Assembly (NCBI RefSeq): GCF_006345805.1
Contig: NW_021833075.1
Coordinates: 19,789-83,788, forward strand
Length of the DNA: 64,000 bases
Reading direction: 5' to 3'
Source: Octopus sinensis
Taxonomy: Eukaryota
Position numbers and translations under genes: made by a program. The notes under the pieces were generated by a model. That model was not told the DNA's origin and ran no database searches. It saw only the letters and a program-made list of their open reading frames with translations. Positions 51,533-62,660 of this stretch are shown one piece after another; position 1 is the first letter of the stretch, and every line of letters starts with the position of its first letter.

Positions 51533-52343
51533 ACGTACTTAAGTCTATGTCAGCATTTGATTTAGGCTGTTTTGCTTTTAATTTATTGTCAATCTTATTT
51601 TTATCTTACTTCCATGCTTTTTTTTTTCTTCACTCATGTTACCCTTAGTTACAGATATACAGATATATCTTTCTGAACATGATGAACACATAATCTGTAA
51701 ATCGTGTTTCGTGTGTTTACATGTTTGATTGTTCGTGTGACTGCATGTAAGAATGATTTTGTGAGTTTATAATAATGTGCGTGTGCCTTTCTATATATTT
51801 ATGTTTCTGTGTTGAGAGTTTTGCGTTTACTCTTTGTTATCATCACGCTATCGGAGGCGCTGAATCTTAATTTCATCGACGACCGATGCCTCTGACCGTT
51901 GTGAAGGAATACCCTTTTTTTCTTCTTCATTTTAAATCTCAACACGAATGATCTCACACGACACATTTCATCGTGGTTTTATATGGGGGAAGCAGATATA
52001 TAGTTTACAAGATATCATTGTTCGCTCTCTCTCTCTCTCTCGCTCTCGCTCTTTACCTCCTTCTCTCTCATTTCACCCTTCTTCTCTCACCTTGCTATTT
52101 TCACTATTGACTCTCGTACCCTCAAACTCAACATAAACTAAACGAAACCCTTTTTTGTTGTTGAAATAGTAATGGTTGTCAACATTGTTCTTACCGTTGT
52201 CGTCATCATCGTAATCATTATAATTTTATTTATTTATTGGTGTTTTTGTTAGTGATGCTGGTAACATTTGTCATGGCGTTGGATGGTGTTGTCTCCTTTT
52301 CTTCTTTTCCCTCACTTGTGTTTTTCGTTTCTTCTTATTTGTA

Positions 52344-52374
<31 letters not shown>

Positions 52375-52734
52375 CAGCGATGGTGATGACTTGCGAAGGT
52401 TTTTTTAATGATTTGATATTTTCTGGTTTGACAAAATGAAGTTGAAGAATAAGTTTGCTTTGTTGATATTGGTGATTGTTGCTTCCCTTATTTATAACTT
52501 GTACTTGTCGTGGGTCATAGTTTGGTATATATTTAAAAAAAATAATTTTAGATATATTTGTTTTATTTATGTATTTTTCCTGTTCTACCAGTCCTTGCCT
52601 AAAGCACGTTCAAAATTAAGAACAAAAAAAAAAAAAGAAAAATCCCAAAAGCCTTCTCTATAAAAGAACAAATAAAGAAGAAAAGAAGACATGACGACAA
52701 CGACAATATATTGAGACATATCTTTTATTTATTT

Positions 52735-53118
52735 ACCAATGGCCCAGTGGTTAGGGCAGCGGACTCGCGGTCATAGGATCGCGGTTTCGATTCCCAGACC
52801 GGGCGTTGTGAGTGTTCATTGAGCGAAAACACCTAAAAGCTCCACGAGGCTCCGGCAGGGGATAGTGGTGATCCCTGCTGTACTCTTTCACCACAACTTT
52901 CTCTCACTCTTACTTCCTGTTTCTGTTGTATCTGTATTTCAAAGGGCCGGCCTTGTCACTCTCTGTGTCACGCTGAATATCCCCGAGAACTACGTTAAGG
53001 GTACACGTGTCTGTGGAGTGCTCAGCCACTTACACGTTAATTTCACGAGCAAGCTGTTCCGTTGATTCGGATCAACCGGAACCCTCATCGTCGTAACCGA
53101 CGGAGTGCTTCCCATCCA
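52735..53118 (+). mobile_element. SINE family C, probable ~10-bp TSD (TTTATTTATT)
   Basis: CAATGGCCCAGTGGTTAGG head to GGAGTGCTTCC; TSD-like repeat on both sides (low complexity). Confidence 0.9.
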
Positions 53119-55149
53119 TTTATTTATTCCATTCCTCATTCTCCTCGCTCTCGTTTCCGAAGACGTCTTCAGCTGAAAGTTGTTGTTGACCGGGAACAAT
53201 ACAATAATATTTTTCATAGATACTGTATCCATATTCTTTTACTGTTGCCTTTTTACTTTTACGCATTTAAGAATTTAAAGCTGGAAAATGTTTGTATTTC
53301 GAGAAGACACCAATATCTCTTTCGTACTGAACTCTTCATTTGAGAATTCTCGGAGGAAGTTGTTTTTCTCGAAATGTCACGTTAACACACCTCATTCTGG
53401 GGTTTTGGTTTAATTTATTCTTGCTAGTGCAAGCAACAACAACAACTAGTCTTCTCAAATTCTAATAGTCATACTCATATCCATGTTTATTTATTTATCT
53501 ATTTATTTATTTATTTATTTATTTATTATTTATTTATTTATTTATCTATTTATTTTGCTTACCAATATCATCATTCCATGTAGCCTACATCTTCAGCTAC
53601 CAATGTTCCGTTTTATATTACTTTTCTGTCTCGAAATTTCGTGTTTTTAGGAAGATATTAGAGCATAATGTTGAGCGAGCTACAAATTCTATGGAATACA
53701 AAATGCAAAATAAAATTCAGATTATACGGAAAACAGATATCAGTTACACGAAAAAACGAAAAGCAATATAAATGGACGCGCAGAAGTTACATTGAGCATA
53801 TTTTACATCAACAACTACAACTTACAGTGGCCATAATAGTTAACAGAGCAAAATACCATATGACGGTTGGATTGTTGGGTGACTGAGTCGATGAAATGTC
53901 ACACAAAATAGTCATCGGTATTTGGTTACGCTTGTTCAATATTTCCAGCTCCTAAGTTTTGCTTCTCTTCCTCTCTAAGTCGATAAAATAGATACTAAGG
54001 TCGCTGTAACATATACTTTCGAAGGTAATACCCCAGCATAGCCAGAGTTCAATAACTGAATCCAGTTAAAGAAGAAAAGGTTATGAGAAAAACGTAATTT
54101 AGTTTTGGCCCCATTCATTTAGTTTAGTTGATGCCAGGTCCAATTATTTCTTTCGAATGTATGTTTCGAATGTATGTTTCAGCCAATTATAGCTCTCTGT
54201 GAAACGTCTTTTCTGCTGAACTATGCACACAAGACCACACGTACTTTTGTGCAGCCCACATTTTACTTTCACATATATATGTATCTGAAACGATGCGCAG
54301 GAACTAGACGAAAATAAAATTAAACACACACAAATGCTAAATATATTTGTTCTAAACAGTTGCATGATTCATGCGGTGCACTAATTTTTAAAATATCAAC
54401 ATGGTTTATACAAGGTAATCATCCATTTTTTTTTTACATATTTCTTTTTGAAGCATTGGGGATCCTGTACACATATGCATCCCACATGAATGTGACGCAA
54501 AATGAAGATTATACAAGGTTTTTGTGTGAATCGTGCTATCTCTAAAAAAAAAAAAATTATCTGCCGAATTAACGGTGAATTTCTAACAAAATCAATATGT
54601 TTCAGAAGGTCAGATAAATATGTTTCTATACACATCGCATCAAAATTTCAACAGATCGAAAATATCCAAGAAAATGTTTTTGCATTCCCAGTAATATTTT
54701 CCAACTAGATTATATAGTTGAGTCTTAGCTGAACAAAGATAAATTCAATAAATTCTGTACTACTGTTTAATATTTAAATGGAACTTTTTTAACTGACTAG
54801 CAAGACATAGGCATAAACACACACACATACATGCACGCGCACACGTATATAAACACACTCGTGCACACAAACATATGCGCATATTGTGGCTCGAATATGA
54901 CCTGTTTGCCACACGAACTTCTATACAATTCTAACTGCAGCACCATGTTCTACACGAGTGACAGAAGAATGAAAATGGTGGATACAGTTAATACAGGTTC
55001 ATGTTTCTGGTTTGTAGATAGACGTCAGGTGGTGAGCGCCAGTGCCTTTTGTTGGTGTCAGCATACTGACGAAAAAAACCTAGGCGACTCTGGTGTCTGG
55101 CGGAAGACCATTTGAATTTGGTATTTCTTCCAAATATATTGCTCTCTGA

Positions 55150-55750
55150 TTGGAATCGATCTTCTTGTCACTGATTTAAGTTTTCGATATTGAATGAAGA
55201 ACGTCGTCAATATGCATTTATACTCCACAGTAATGCAGGGATGCAGTGTTTAATATGTTGTTAGCCATAGACCCCCCACTAATGTTTAATTGCGAGATTT
55301 ACTGTGATAAATGGGTGGTGTTAATTATATCTTCTGGCCAAAAGAAAAATGCGTTCCTGTTGAATTTGTTCAAAAAAAGGTGAGCTCTGCGAGTCTGTTA
55401 TAGTTGCTTTGAGAAACGTCGTTTGGTGTTCTACTATATCACAATATTAAGAAGGCATGATCGATTGAGTGGTTAGTTATAGTTAGATCTGAATTTACAT
55501 GCTGTCTGTTGGCTGAGTATGGGCTCTCGGTTATGTTGCGAAATCTGTGAGGTAATGTTGTTCAGGCAGTAACAGCTGGCTTTGACATTGTTTTGGTAGA
55601 AACGTTCGTGAAATTTTATCACTGAAAGGTGTTTAATTACTTCTGACACTGGAGTTTTAGCTATGTTGATTTTTCACGTTCGTTTTATATGTAGATTTCA
55701 ACAGTAATACATTTCATTTTCTGTATTTGTTTGATTGTGAAGAGGACCTT
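55150..55750 (-). mobile_element. Possible highly decayed Penelope-like RT remnant
   Basis: Motif echoes RLAELTFFLNKF and MHIDDVL (cf. RYIDD); many disruptions. Confidence 0.3.
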
Positions 55751-55881
55751 CTGTCAATTACTCTTTCAACACCATTGGCATGGTGCACAGTATCTCAGTG
55801 TATATCAAAGTATAGACATGCATCCATAGGTACACACACATATATGCATACGCATATATATATATAACTATATAAACATGC

Positions 55882-55945
<64 letters not shown>

Positions 55946-56399
55946 ATATATTGGTAAAACGGTAAGATAACAAAAGAAAGAAAGAGACCTCAATATTTTG
56001 TAAATAGAGGAAATTTATCTATATATATATATATATATATGCATATGTATACATACATATACATTATGTAATTACGCCTACGTTAACAAAGTAATACTCA
56101 TGCATTCATTAGATACACATGAAATGTTATGTGTAATTACACTGCACGTGTATCTAATTAATAACTAAGCCAGAACCATTTTAATTACAATTAACTAATT
56201 AATCCCTTATATGTCTTTGAATGTGTATGTACGTGCATGCGTGTGTTGTAATTATACGGATGAATATTTTGCATTAAAGCGAAAATACTTTTCTGTACGA
56301 AATGATGGAGGAATTTCAACCACAGCTCCTTTATAGGATCCAGTAGCCAAGAACATCATCAAGAGGAACCACGTCCGGTTTACGTCCCTGCTCCTCTAC

Positions 56400-56770
56400 C
56401 GTTTTCGATGTGGTGGCCTCCCTTTTCTTTTTTCTTTGGCCTTTTGTTGGGTGTCTACGATGCAGCATCAACGAATATCGGCGGGCGAATGTCCACCATG
56501 CCAAATACCCCTTCAAATACTCGCCGGTAGGCTCGAGCAGCCAGCACCAGCTAACAATCACGCGACACAGTCTAAGCTTCAACTGACCAATGGAAGTAAA
56601 AGGACGCGTAGTTTTGGCCCGCGCCCTCTCTAGACCTACATTCCAATAGAGTCGTGTTAGTTTCAGTTCCAACAGCCAGAGCTGTCTGGTGGTACAAGCT
56701 TTCGAACTATCAGAAAGGAGGGCGCGCGCAATGAACGAGTTGGTTCCATTGGCCCAACTGTCAAGTAACA
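56400..56770 (-). promoter_or_regulatory. CpG/GC-rich island with three CCAAT boxes; candidate promoter/first exon
   Basis: CCAAT at 56587-56591 and 56643-56647, ATTGG at 56748-56752, ACGCGT at 56604-56609, GCGCGC runs; visibly richer in CpG than its surroundings. Orientation is inferred, not shown. Confidence 0.4.
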
Positions 56771-56817
56771 ATGCTGTTTAAATGCTAGCCAGCCTCATCT
56801 AGCAACGCTTTTTCCCA

Positions 56818-57047
56818 GTCGGTGAGCTGGCAGAATCGTTAGCACGTAGGGCGAAATGCGTAGCTGTATTTCGTCTGCCGTTACGTTCTGAGTTCAAATT
56901 CTGCCGAGGTCGACTTTGCCTTTCATACTTTCGGGGTCGATAAATTAAGTACCAGTTACGCACTGGGGTCGATATAATCGACTTAATCTGTTTGTCTAAC
57001 CTTGTTTGTTCTCTCTGTGTTTAGCTCCTTGTGGGCAGTAAGGAAAT
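56818..57047 (+). mobile_element. SINE family B (head + alpha unit)
   Basis: GGTGAGCTGGCAGAATCGTTAGCACG...GTGGGCAGTAAGGAAAT. Confidence 0.85.
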
Positions 57048-57049
57048 TG

Positions 57050-57420
57050 GTATGTTATGGTTTTCAAGCCATTTCAAGTCTTCTCGTTTCAGCCATATAT
57101 AGAAGCTGGCTTTGTCGACTGCCTCCTGTATCCTCCTTATTATTTTTCTCAGTTCTGAGCTCGAATATGCAAACATTTAAAAAAAATAACGTCTCTATTT
57201 TCCTTTCAATGAGACCTCTAGCCCCTACTACCAGGTGATAATACTCGACAGTCCACCCCTGTTTCCCACACTCTTTAATTAATTTCTCATACCTCCTCTC
57301 CTTCTGTTGCTCTGCATTAGTGAGGTTCTCTTCCCATGGTACTGACAGCTCTATGAATATTCCAGTTTTTCGTTCTGTGTTCCATTGGATTAAGTTCGGT
57401 CTTTGTATTGTTTTAAGCTC
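57050..57420 (-). mobile_element. 3' RLE-endonuclease fragment of a HERO-type non-LTR retrotransposon
   Basis: Minus translation (not in the ORF track): TIQRPNLIQW..IFIELSVPWEENL..KERRYEKL..CGKQGW..VVGARG / VDKASFYIWLKRED, matching the ELTVPWE, EVGCRG and AS.W.W.KR motifs. Confidence 0.75.
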
Positions 57421-57482
57421 GTTTACTTTCCAAAAATAATATGTCCTTATTTATTACGTTAATGATTTCATATATACAAATA

Positions 57483-57879
57483 CTAGCAGTATCGGCCGGC
57501 GTTGCTCGGGTTTGTAAGGGAAATAACTATATAAGCATTTTTAGAGAATTATAGCCAAAAAAAAAAAAAAAAATGCATTAAAAATGGAAAAAAAATTATG
57601 GTAAATTTAAAAAAAATCTTTGACTCATCGTAGACATTTTAAGAGAGTTACTTCCCTTATATAATAGCGAAAAAATGCATTAAAATGGAAAATAATGATG
57701 GTAAATTATTTTTAAAATTGTAGACTCATCGTAGACGCGTGCTAATACCCAGAAGGGCTCGATATGAATCACGACTATAAGATACCCGGTTTTGGTTAAA
57801 CTGCACCGCAAAATGTGGGAGTAGTTAGGAATCTAAATCGTAGGAGACAGACACACAACTTCACTTTTATATATGAAAA
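57483..57879 (-). mobile_element. Non-autonomous Helitron
   Basis: A|CTAGCAGTATCGGCCGGCGTTGCTCGGG...TTTTATATATGAAAA. Confidence 0.85.
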
Positions 57880-58360
57880 TATAAATATTTGTATGTATCA
57901 ACTGAAAACCTGATACATGCTGGAGTGAAATTTTGAAATCAGCATGAAAAATCATTCTATAAAAGTTGGTTTGCATTCATAATGAGTATAGTACATGTAA
58001 TTTAGTTGACCACTGTAAGGTATTTTTCTATGAATTCTTTTCCCTTTTTAGAGACATCTCGCAAATTAGTTTTGCTTTAGATGGAAAATATTTATCCATA
58101 TAATTATTACACTTCAGTATCGTAAGCTGATTTAAAATGATAGTTGTAATGGTGATTTCGGTGTTTTGCGTCCTTTCTTGAAGTTATTTGCATAGCAAAC
58201 AGTAAATATTTGTCCACGTAATATTTCGGCTGTTTCCATAATTCACTAATTTATGTACTACATTGTAAATAGGCATCAACATAAATATACCATTCTATTT
58301 GTTTCACTGCTGACCAAAGCATTTATACCTACATCACTACCAGAAACACACTGGAGTTAA

Positions 58361-58757
58361 TCTTCATATATAAAAGTCAAGTTGTGTGTCTGTCTCCTAC
58401 GATTTAGATTCCTAACTACACCCACATTTTGCGGTGCAGTTTAACCAAAAGCGGGTATCTTATAGTCGTGATTCATATCGAGCCCTTCTGGGTATTACCG
58501 CGCGTCTACGATGAGTCTACGATTTAAAAAAAATTTACCATAATTTTTTTCCATTTAATGCATTTTTTCGATATTATATAAAGGGAAGTAACTCTCTAAA
58601 AATGTCTACGATGAGTCAACGATTTAAAAAAAAATTTACCATCATTTTTTTTCCATTTTTAATGCATTTTTTTGCTATTTTTTGGCTATAACTCTCTAAA
58701 AATGCTTATATAGTTATTTCCCTTACAAATCCGAGCAACGCCGGGCGATACTGCTAG
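58361..58757 (+). mobile_element. Non-autonomous Helitron
   Basis: A|TCTTCATATATAAAAG...CCGAGCAACGCCGGGCGATACTGCTAG|T. Confidence 0.85.
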
Positions 58758-59140
58758 TTGGATATAAATATATACTTAAACTGAGGCTTTATTTTCTTTT
58801 TAAATGTTTATCTATATTAGTTAGCTGCATTAATAATTCTTATATATACTTTTGAAAGTATATATATTTAAAGTGTGTATATATATATGTATATAAAGTA
58901 AAAAGTAAAAGAGTCAAAAGGAAGAGTAAGTACGGTTAGGCAGTTTTATAATCGCTACAAATGTAGAATTGGTAGCACCCCATAAGAATACTACTGGCTA
59001 TTTGGGAATTCTAAGGGTGAACGAGCTCCATTTGTACTCTCAACTATATATATATACACACCTCAACTATATATATATATATATATACACACACCTCAAC
59101 TATATATATATATTCCATACACATTTACACAGATTCGGAA

Positions 59141-59205
<65 letters not shown>

Positions 59206-59206
59206 G

Positions 59207-59283
<77 letters not shown>

Positions 59284-59321
59284 ATCTATCTATCTATCTA
59301 TATGCATATATATATATATAT

Positions 59322-59372
<51 letters not shown>

Positions 59373-59487
59373 ATACATATCTAGTTAGTCAATAAAACAT
59401 ATGTATATATGGATACCCTGTATATAAGAAAAGAAGCACACCAAAGATAAGAGCAGTAATTATTATAAGGAAAATTAAATTTTGGAC

Positions 59488-59552
59488 ATAGAGTTACCAA
59501 AGGTTTCGTATCCACAAAGCCAAAGCCTTGTGGACAGCTCGCCAGACTCCAT
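59488..59552 (-). ncRNA. Type I hammerhead ribozyme motif, full stems, core variant CUGGCGA
   Basis: 7-bp stem I, ~13-bp stem II with UUUG loop, GAAA, 3-bp stem III with UUU loop, GUA cleavage triplet; the only core deviation is A6G. Confidence 0.7.
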
Positions 59553-59767
59553 ACAAGATAAAAAATAAAATTTAACTTTCTACGTCGCGGACGTGAGGAA
59601 ACGCTCAGAAATCGAGATTAAAGTCTCAATGTATATGTATAAATACATACATATTTATACATAAAGCCATTACTCGGTATGTTAAATTTACAGAAAAACA
59701 AAAGACGAAGACAGGTGTATAAACAAGAAGAAGGTGTATTAGTTTGACGCTCGGGAAGGTGAGAAGG

Positions 59768-59803
59768 TCTTTTACGTTTCGAGCCTAAGCTCTTCAACAG
59801 AAA
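59768..59803 (-). ncRNA. Degenerate minimal hammerhead motif in a PLE terminal-repeat fragment
   Basis: TTT-CTGTTGA-A-GAGC(TTAG)GCTC-GAAA-CG-TA-AAAG; A6U, stem I only 3 bp. Confidence 0.5.
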
Positions 59804-59889
59804 TGAACAATATATATATATATATCTCTTTTACTCTTTTACTTGTTTCAGCCATCCGGCTGAGGCCATGCTGGGGCACCGCCCTATAT

Positions 59890-59935
<46 letters not shown>

Positions 59936-59939
<4 letters not shown>

Positions 59940-61974
59940 AAAATAGTAAAGTGTGAAAAAACGACAGAAGGCTTAAATGTTAAAAAATATATATATTTGT
60001 GTCAAAATGTCTGGAGAATATTGGAAAATTTTTTTTTTTTTCCTTTCCTTAAAATGACATATTTTAAAAATTTTTAAAGAAATTACCGGTTTCGCGTGTA
60101 GCTTTTCAAATTTCTTGTGACGTTATGTTTATATTGCATAGAGTTATCGTTGTGTTTATTTCCAGGAGATTTCTAAATAAGGGGAGGTAGTGAGTGATTT
60201 CTTCCGGTGTAAGGGAGATAATCGCTTAAATTTTTTTTTTTTTTTTTTTTCCCCCTTTTCCTTGTTAATTTCTCTGTGTCAGTATGTTCGGATGGTTGAG
60301 TCTGGGTTTGTACTTTTCAATGAAGAATGTTTCCTTGTTCAGTCTCATTTGTGTTGATGATCCGAAAGCACATTGGTAAAATGGGAAGATTAAAAATTGT
60401 GGCAGTAGTTGCTTTGCGCATTTCTCAATGTGCTCACTAAAAGGTATCATTCTATATTCTGGGAATGCAATCTGTTGTCGATGCAGTGTGCATCTACGCC
60501 TGAGTGATAGTCCCGTGGAACCCACGTAGTCTTGGTGGCAGCCCGAGCATTTAATAACATAAATTTTGTTTTCAGAGGCACAAGTAAAGTTAGATTTGAT
60601 CTTGAATTTCTGTCCCTCTTTAAAGAAGAATTCTGATCCTTCCAATAGGTTAGGACATGTTGCACAGTTCGATCTACCACATTTTTTTACTTTTGCATCC
60701 GTAATTTTAGAAGACAATTTTGCCTTTGTGAGAATCTTTTTAAGTGATTTAGGCTGTTTGTAGCTTTTAATGATTTGGTGTATGTTTAGAATTTCCTTTA
60801 ATTTTGGGTTTTTATGAAGTATTGGTAAATTCTGGGTGATGATGGTGAAGGCTTCTTTGTTTCTGGGGTTGTATGTAGATATGTAAGGTAGTATTTTCGG
60901 GGAAGGTGTGTTGTTGTGTTGAACTTTTCTTAAAGTTTCTATGTTGATTTCTGTTGCACGTCTGATCCCATCCTCTATGAGTTGAGCTGGGTAATGTCTG
61001 TCAATTAGGGTGTTTTTGAGTTCTTGCAGTCTAAAGTTCCTGGTATTTTGTTCTGACACTATTGTGCATATCCTTCTTGCAAGGTTGAAGGGGATGTTTG
61101 TTTTAGTGTGTCTTGGGTGGCATGAATTAAAAAGAAGGTATTGTTTGGCGTCTGTGGCTTTGTAAAAAATGTCTGTTTCTATTTTAAGGTTAATTTTTTT
61201 AATTAGTATATCCAAGAACGGGAGCTCCTTTTGGTTGTATTCCATTGTGAACTGTATATTTGGGTTTATGCTGTTCAATAGGTTTTTAAATTTTAGGAGT
61301 TTATCTATGTTTTCATTCCAGAGAATGAAACAATCGTCTAGGAATCGTTCCAATTCTCTTTTATGTATTGAGAGAGGGAGTTTCCAAAGATTGATAGAGA
61401 TTCCTGGTAAATGATTATTTCTATGTATCCCATTGTTAAGTTCGCAATGACTGGTGCTGCCCTTGTACCCATAGCAATTCCGGATTTTTGACGGTAAAAT
61501 GTATTGTCAAACATGAAGTGGTTATTGTGTAGGATGAATTCAATTGATTTAGTAATGAATTCCTTACTGATCCTTTTTGGTATTTCTTCCGGAAATTGGT
61601 CTAACCAGAACTGTATTGCCTCCAGTCCATAATTATCAGGTATACTGGTATACAAGTTGACTACATCAAATGAAACCAGGATTGTTTCTTCCTTGGTTTT
61701 TTTTGGAAGGTGGTTTAACATATCTAAGTCATCTCTGATATGGCTATCGATATGTTTAAGGCAGGGTTTCAGGAGGATGTCCATAAGTAGACTTAGTCTG
61801 TGTGTTTCACAGGTTGGGCCAGCTACAATGGGTCGTAGTTTTAGGTCCCCCGGATTAGGTGTGTGTATGTATGTCTTTGGTGATTTTTTAATGGTTTCAT
61901 TTATAATTTGACTTAGAAAAGGCTAGGTTTGCATTTAAAGTTTGTTAGGAAATCAATCTCTTTGGTTGAGATTG

Positions 61975-61975
<1 letters not shown>
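59936..61975 (-). mobile_element. Penelope-like element (Neptune-like), RT + GIY-YIG endonuclease, 5'-truncated, two frameshifts, flanked by (TA)n
   Basis: DLKLRPIVAGP..LVSFDVVNLYTSIP..GIAMGTRAAP (61338-61975) / RFLDDCF..LPFLDI..YLLFNSCHP..KCGRSNCATC..KIYVIKCSGCHQDYVGST..RRR..KETFFI (60265-61353); (TA)n at 59884-59935 and from ~61977. Confidence 0.93.
60077..60116 (-). ncRNA. Minimal type I hammerhead ribozyme with U3:A8 covariation in the PLE 3' region
   Basis: AAGAAAT-TTGAAAA-GC(TACAC)GC-GAAA-CCGG-TA-ATTTCTT: perfect 7-bp stem I, loop-less palindromic stem III (ACCGGT). Confidence 0.75.
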
Positions 61976-62012
<37 letters not shown>

Positions 62013-62116
62013 TTATTTTATTTTATAGAAGGAGCTTTTTTTTATTTATTTTATTTTATTTTAATTTAATTATTTACTGTGGTTAACCCCGACTCAACCC
62101 GGGGCCTACATATATA

Positions 62117-62162
<46 letters not shown>

Positions 62163-62176
62163 ATATATATATATAT

Positions 62177-62355
62177 TCTTTTATTCTTTCACTCGTTTCA
62201 GTCATTTGACTGCGACCATGCTGGAGCACCACCTTTAGTCGAATAAATCGGTCCCAGGACTTATTCTTTGTAAACCTAGTAGTTACTCTATCGACCTCTT
62301 TTGCCTAATCGCTAAGTTACAGGGACGTAAACACACCAACATCGGTTGTCACACA

Positions 62356-62387
<32 letters not shown>

Positions 62388-62660
62388 TACACAACAAACA
62401 CAGACACACAAGTATATACATACATATATATATATATACATATAGTTAATCCAAACAAGAAAGCACAATAAAAACACAACAACGCGAGGAGGTATATATA
62501 TACGACGGGATTCTTTCAGTTTCCGTCTACCAAATCTACTCACAAGGCTTTGATCTGCTCGAGGCTATAGTAGAAGACACTTGCCCAAGGTGTCACGCAG
62601 TGGGACTGAACCCGGTGCCATGTGGTTGGTAAGCAAGCTACTTACCACACAGCCACTCCT
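62177..62660 (-). mobile_element. SINE family A with a foreign ~60-bp insert in its internal microsatellite
   Basis: 3' half at 62177-62350 and 5' half at 62500-62660, with GTTAATCCAAACAAGAAAGCAC...GAGG between (TA) runs. Confidence 0.85.

Noticed and set aside
53150-53172. Hammerhead-like CTGAAGA-CG(TCTT)CG-GAAACG (minus strand)
   Set aside because: There is no U16.1-H17 cleavage site and no stem I.
62075-62110. CCCCG..CGGGG hairpin fragment between TA runs, a possible ribozyme stem II
   Set aside because: The core CUGA and GAAA are absent.
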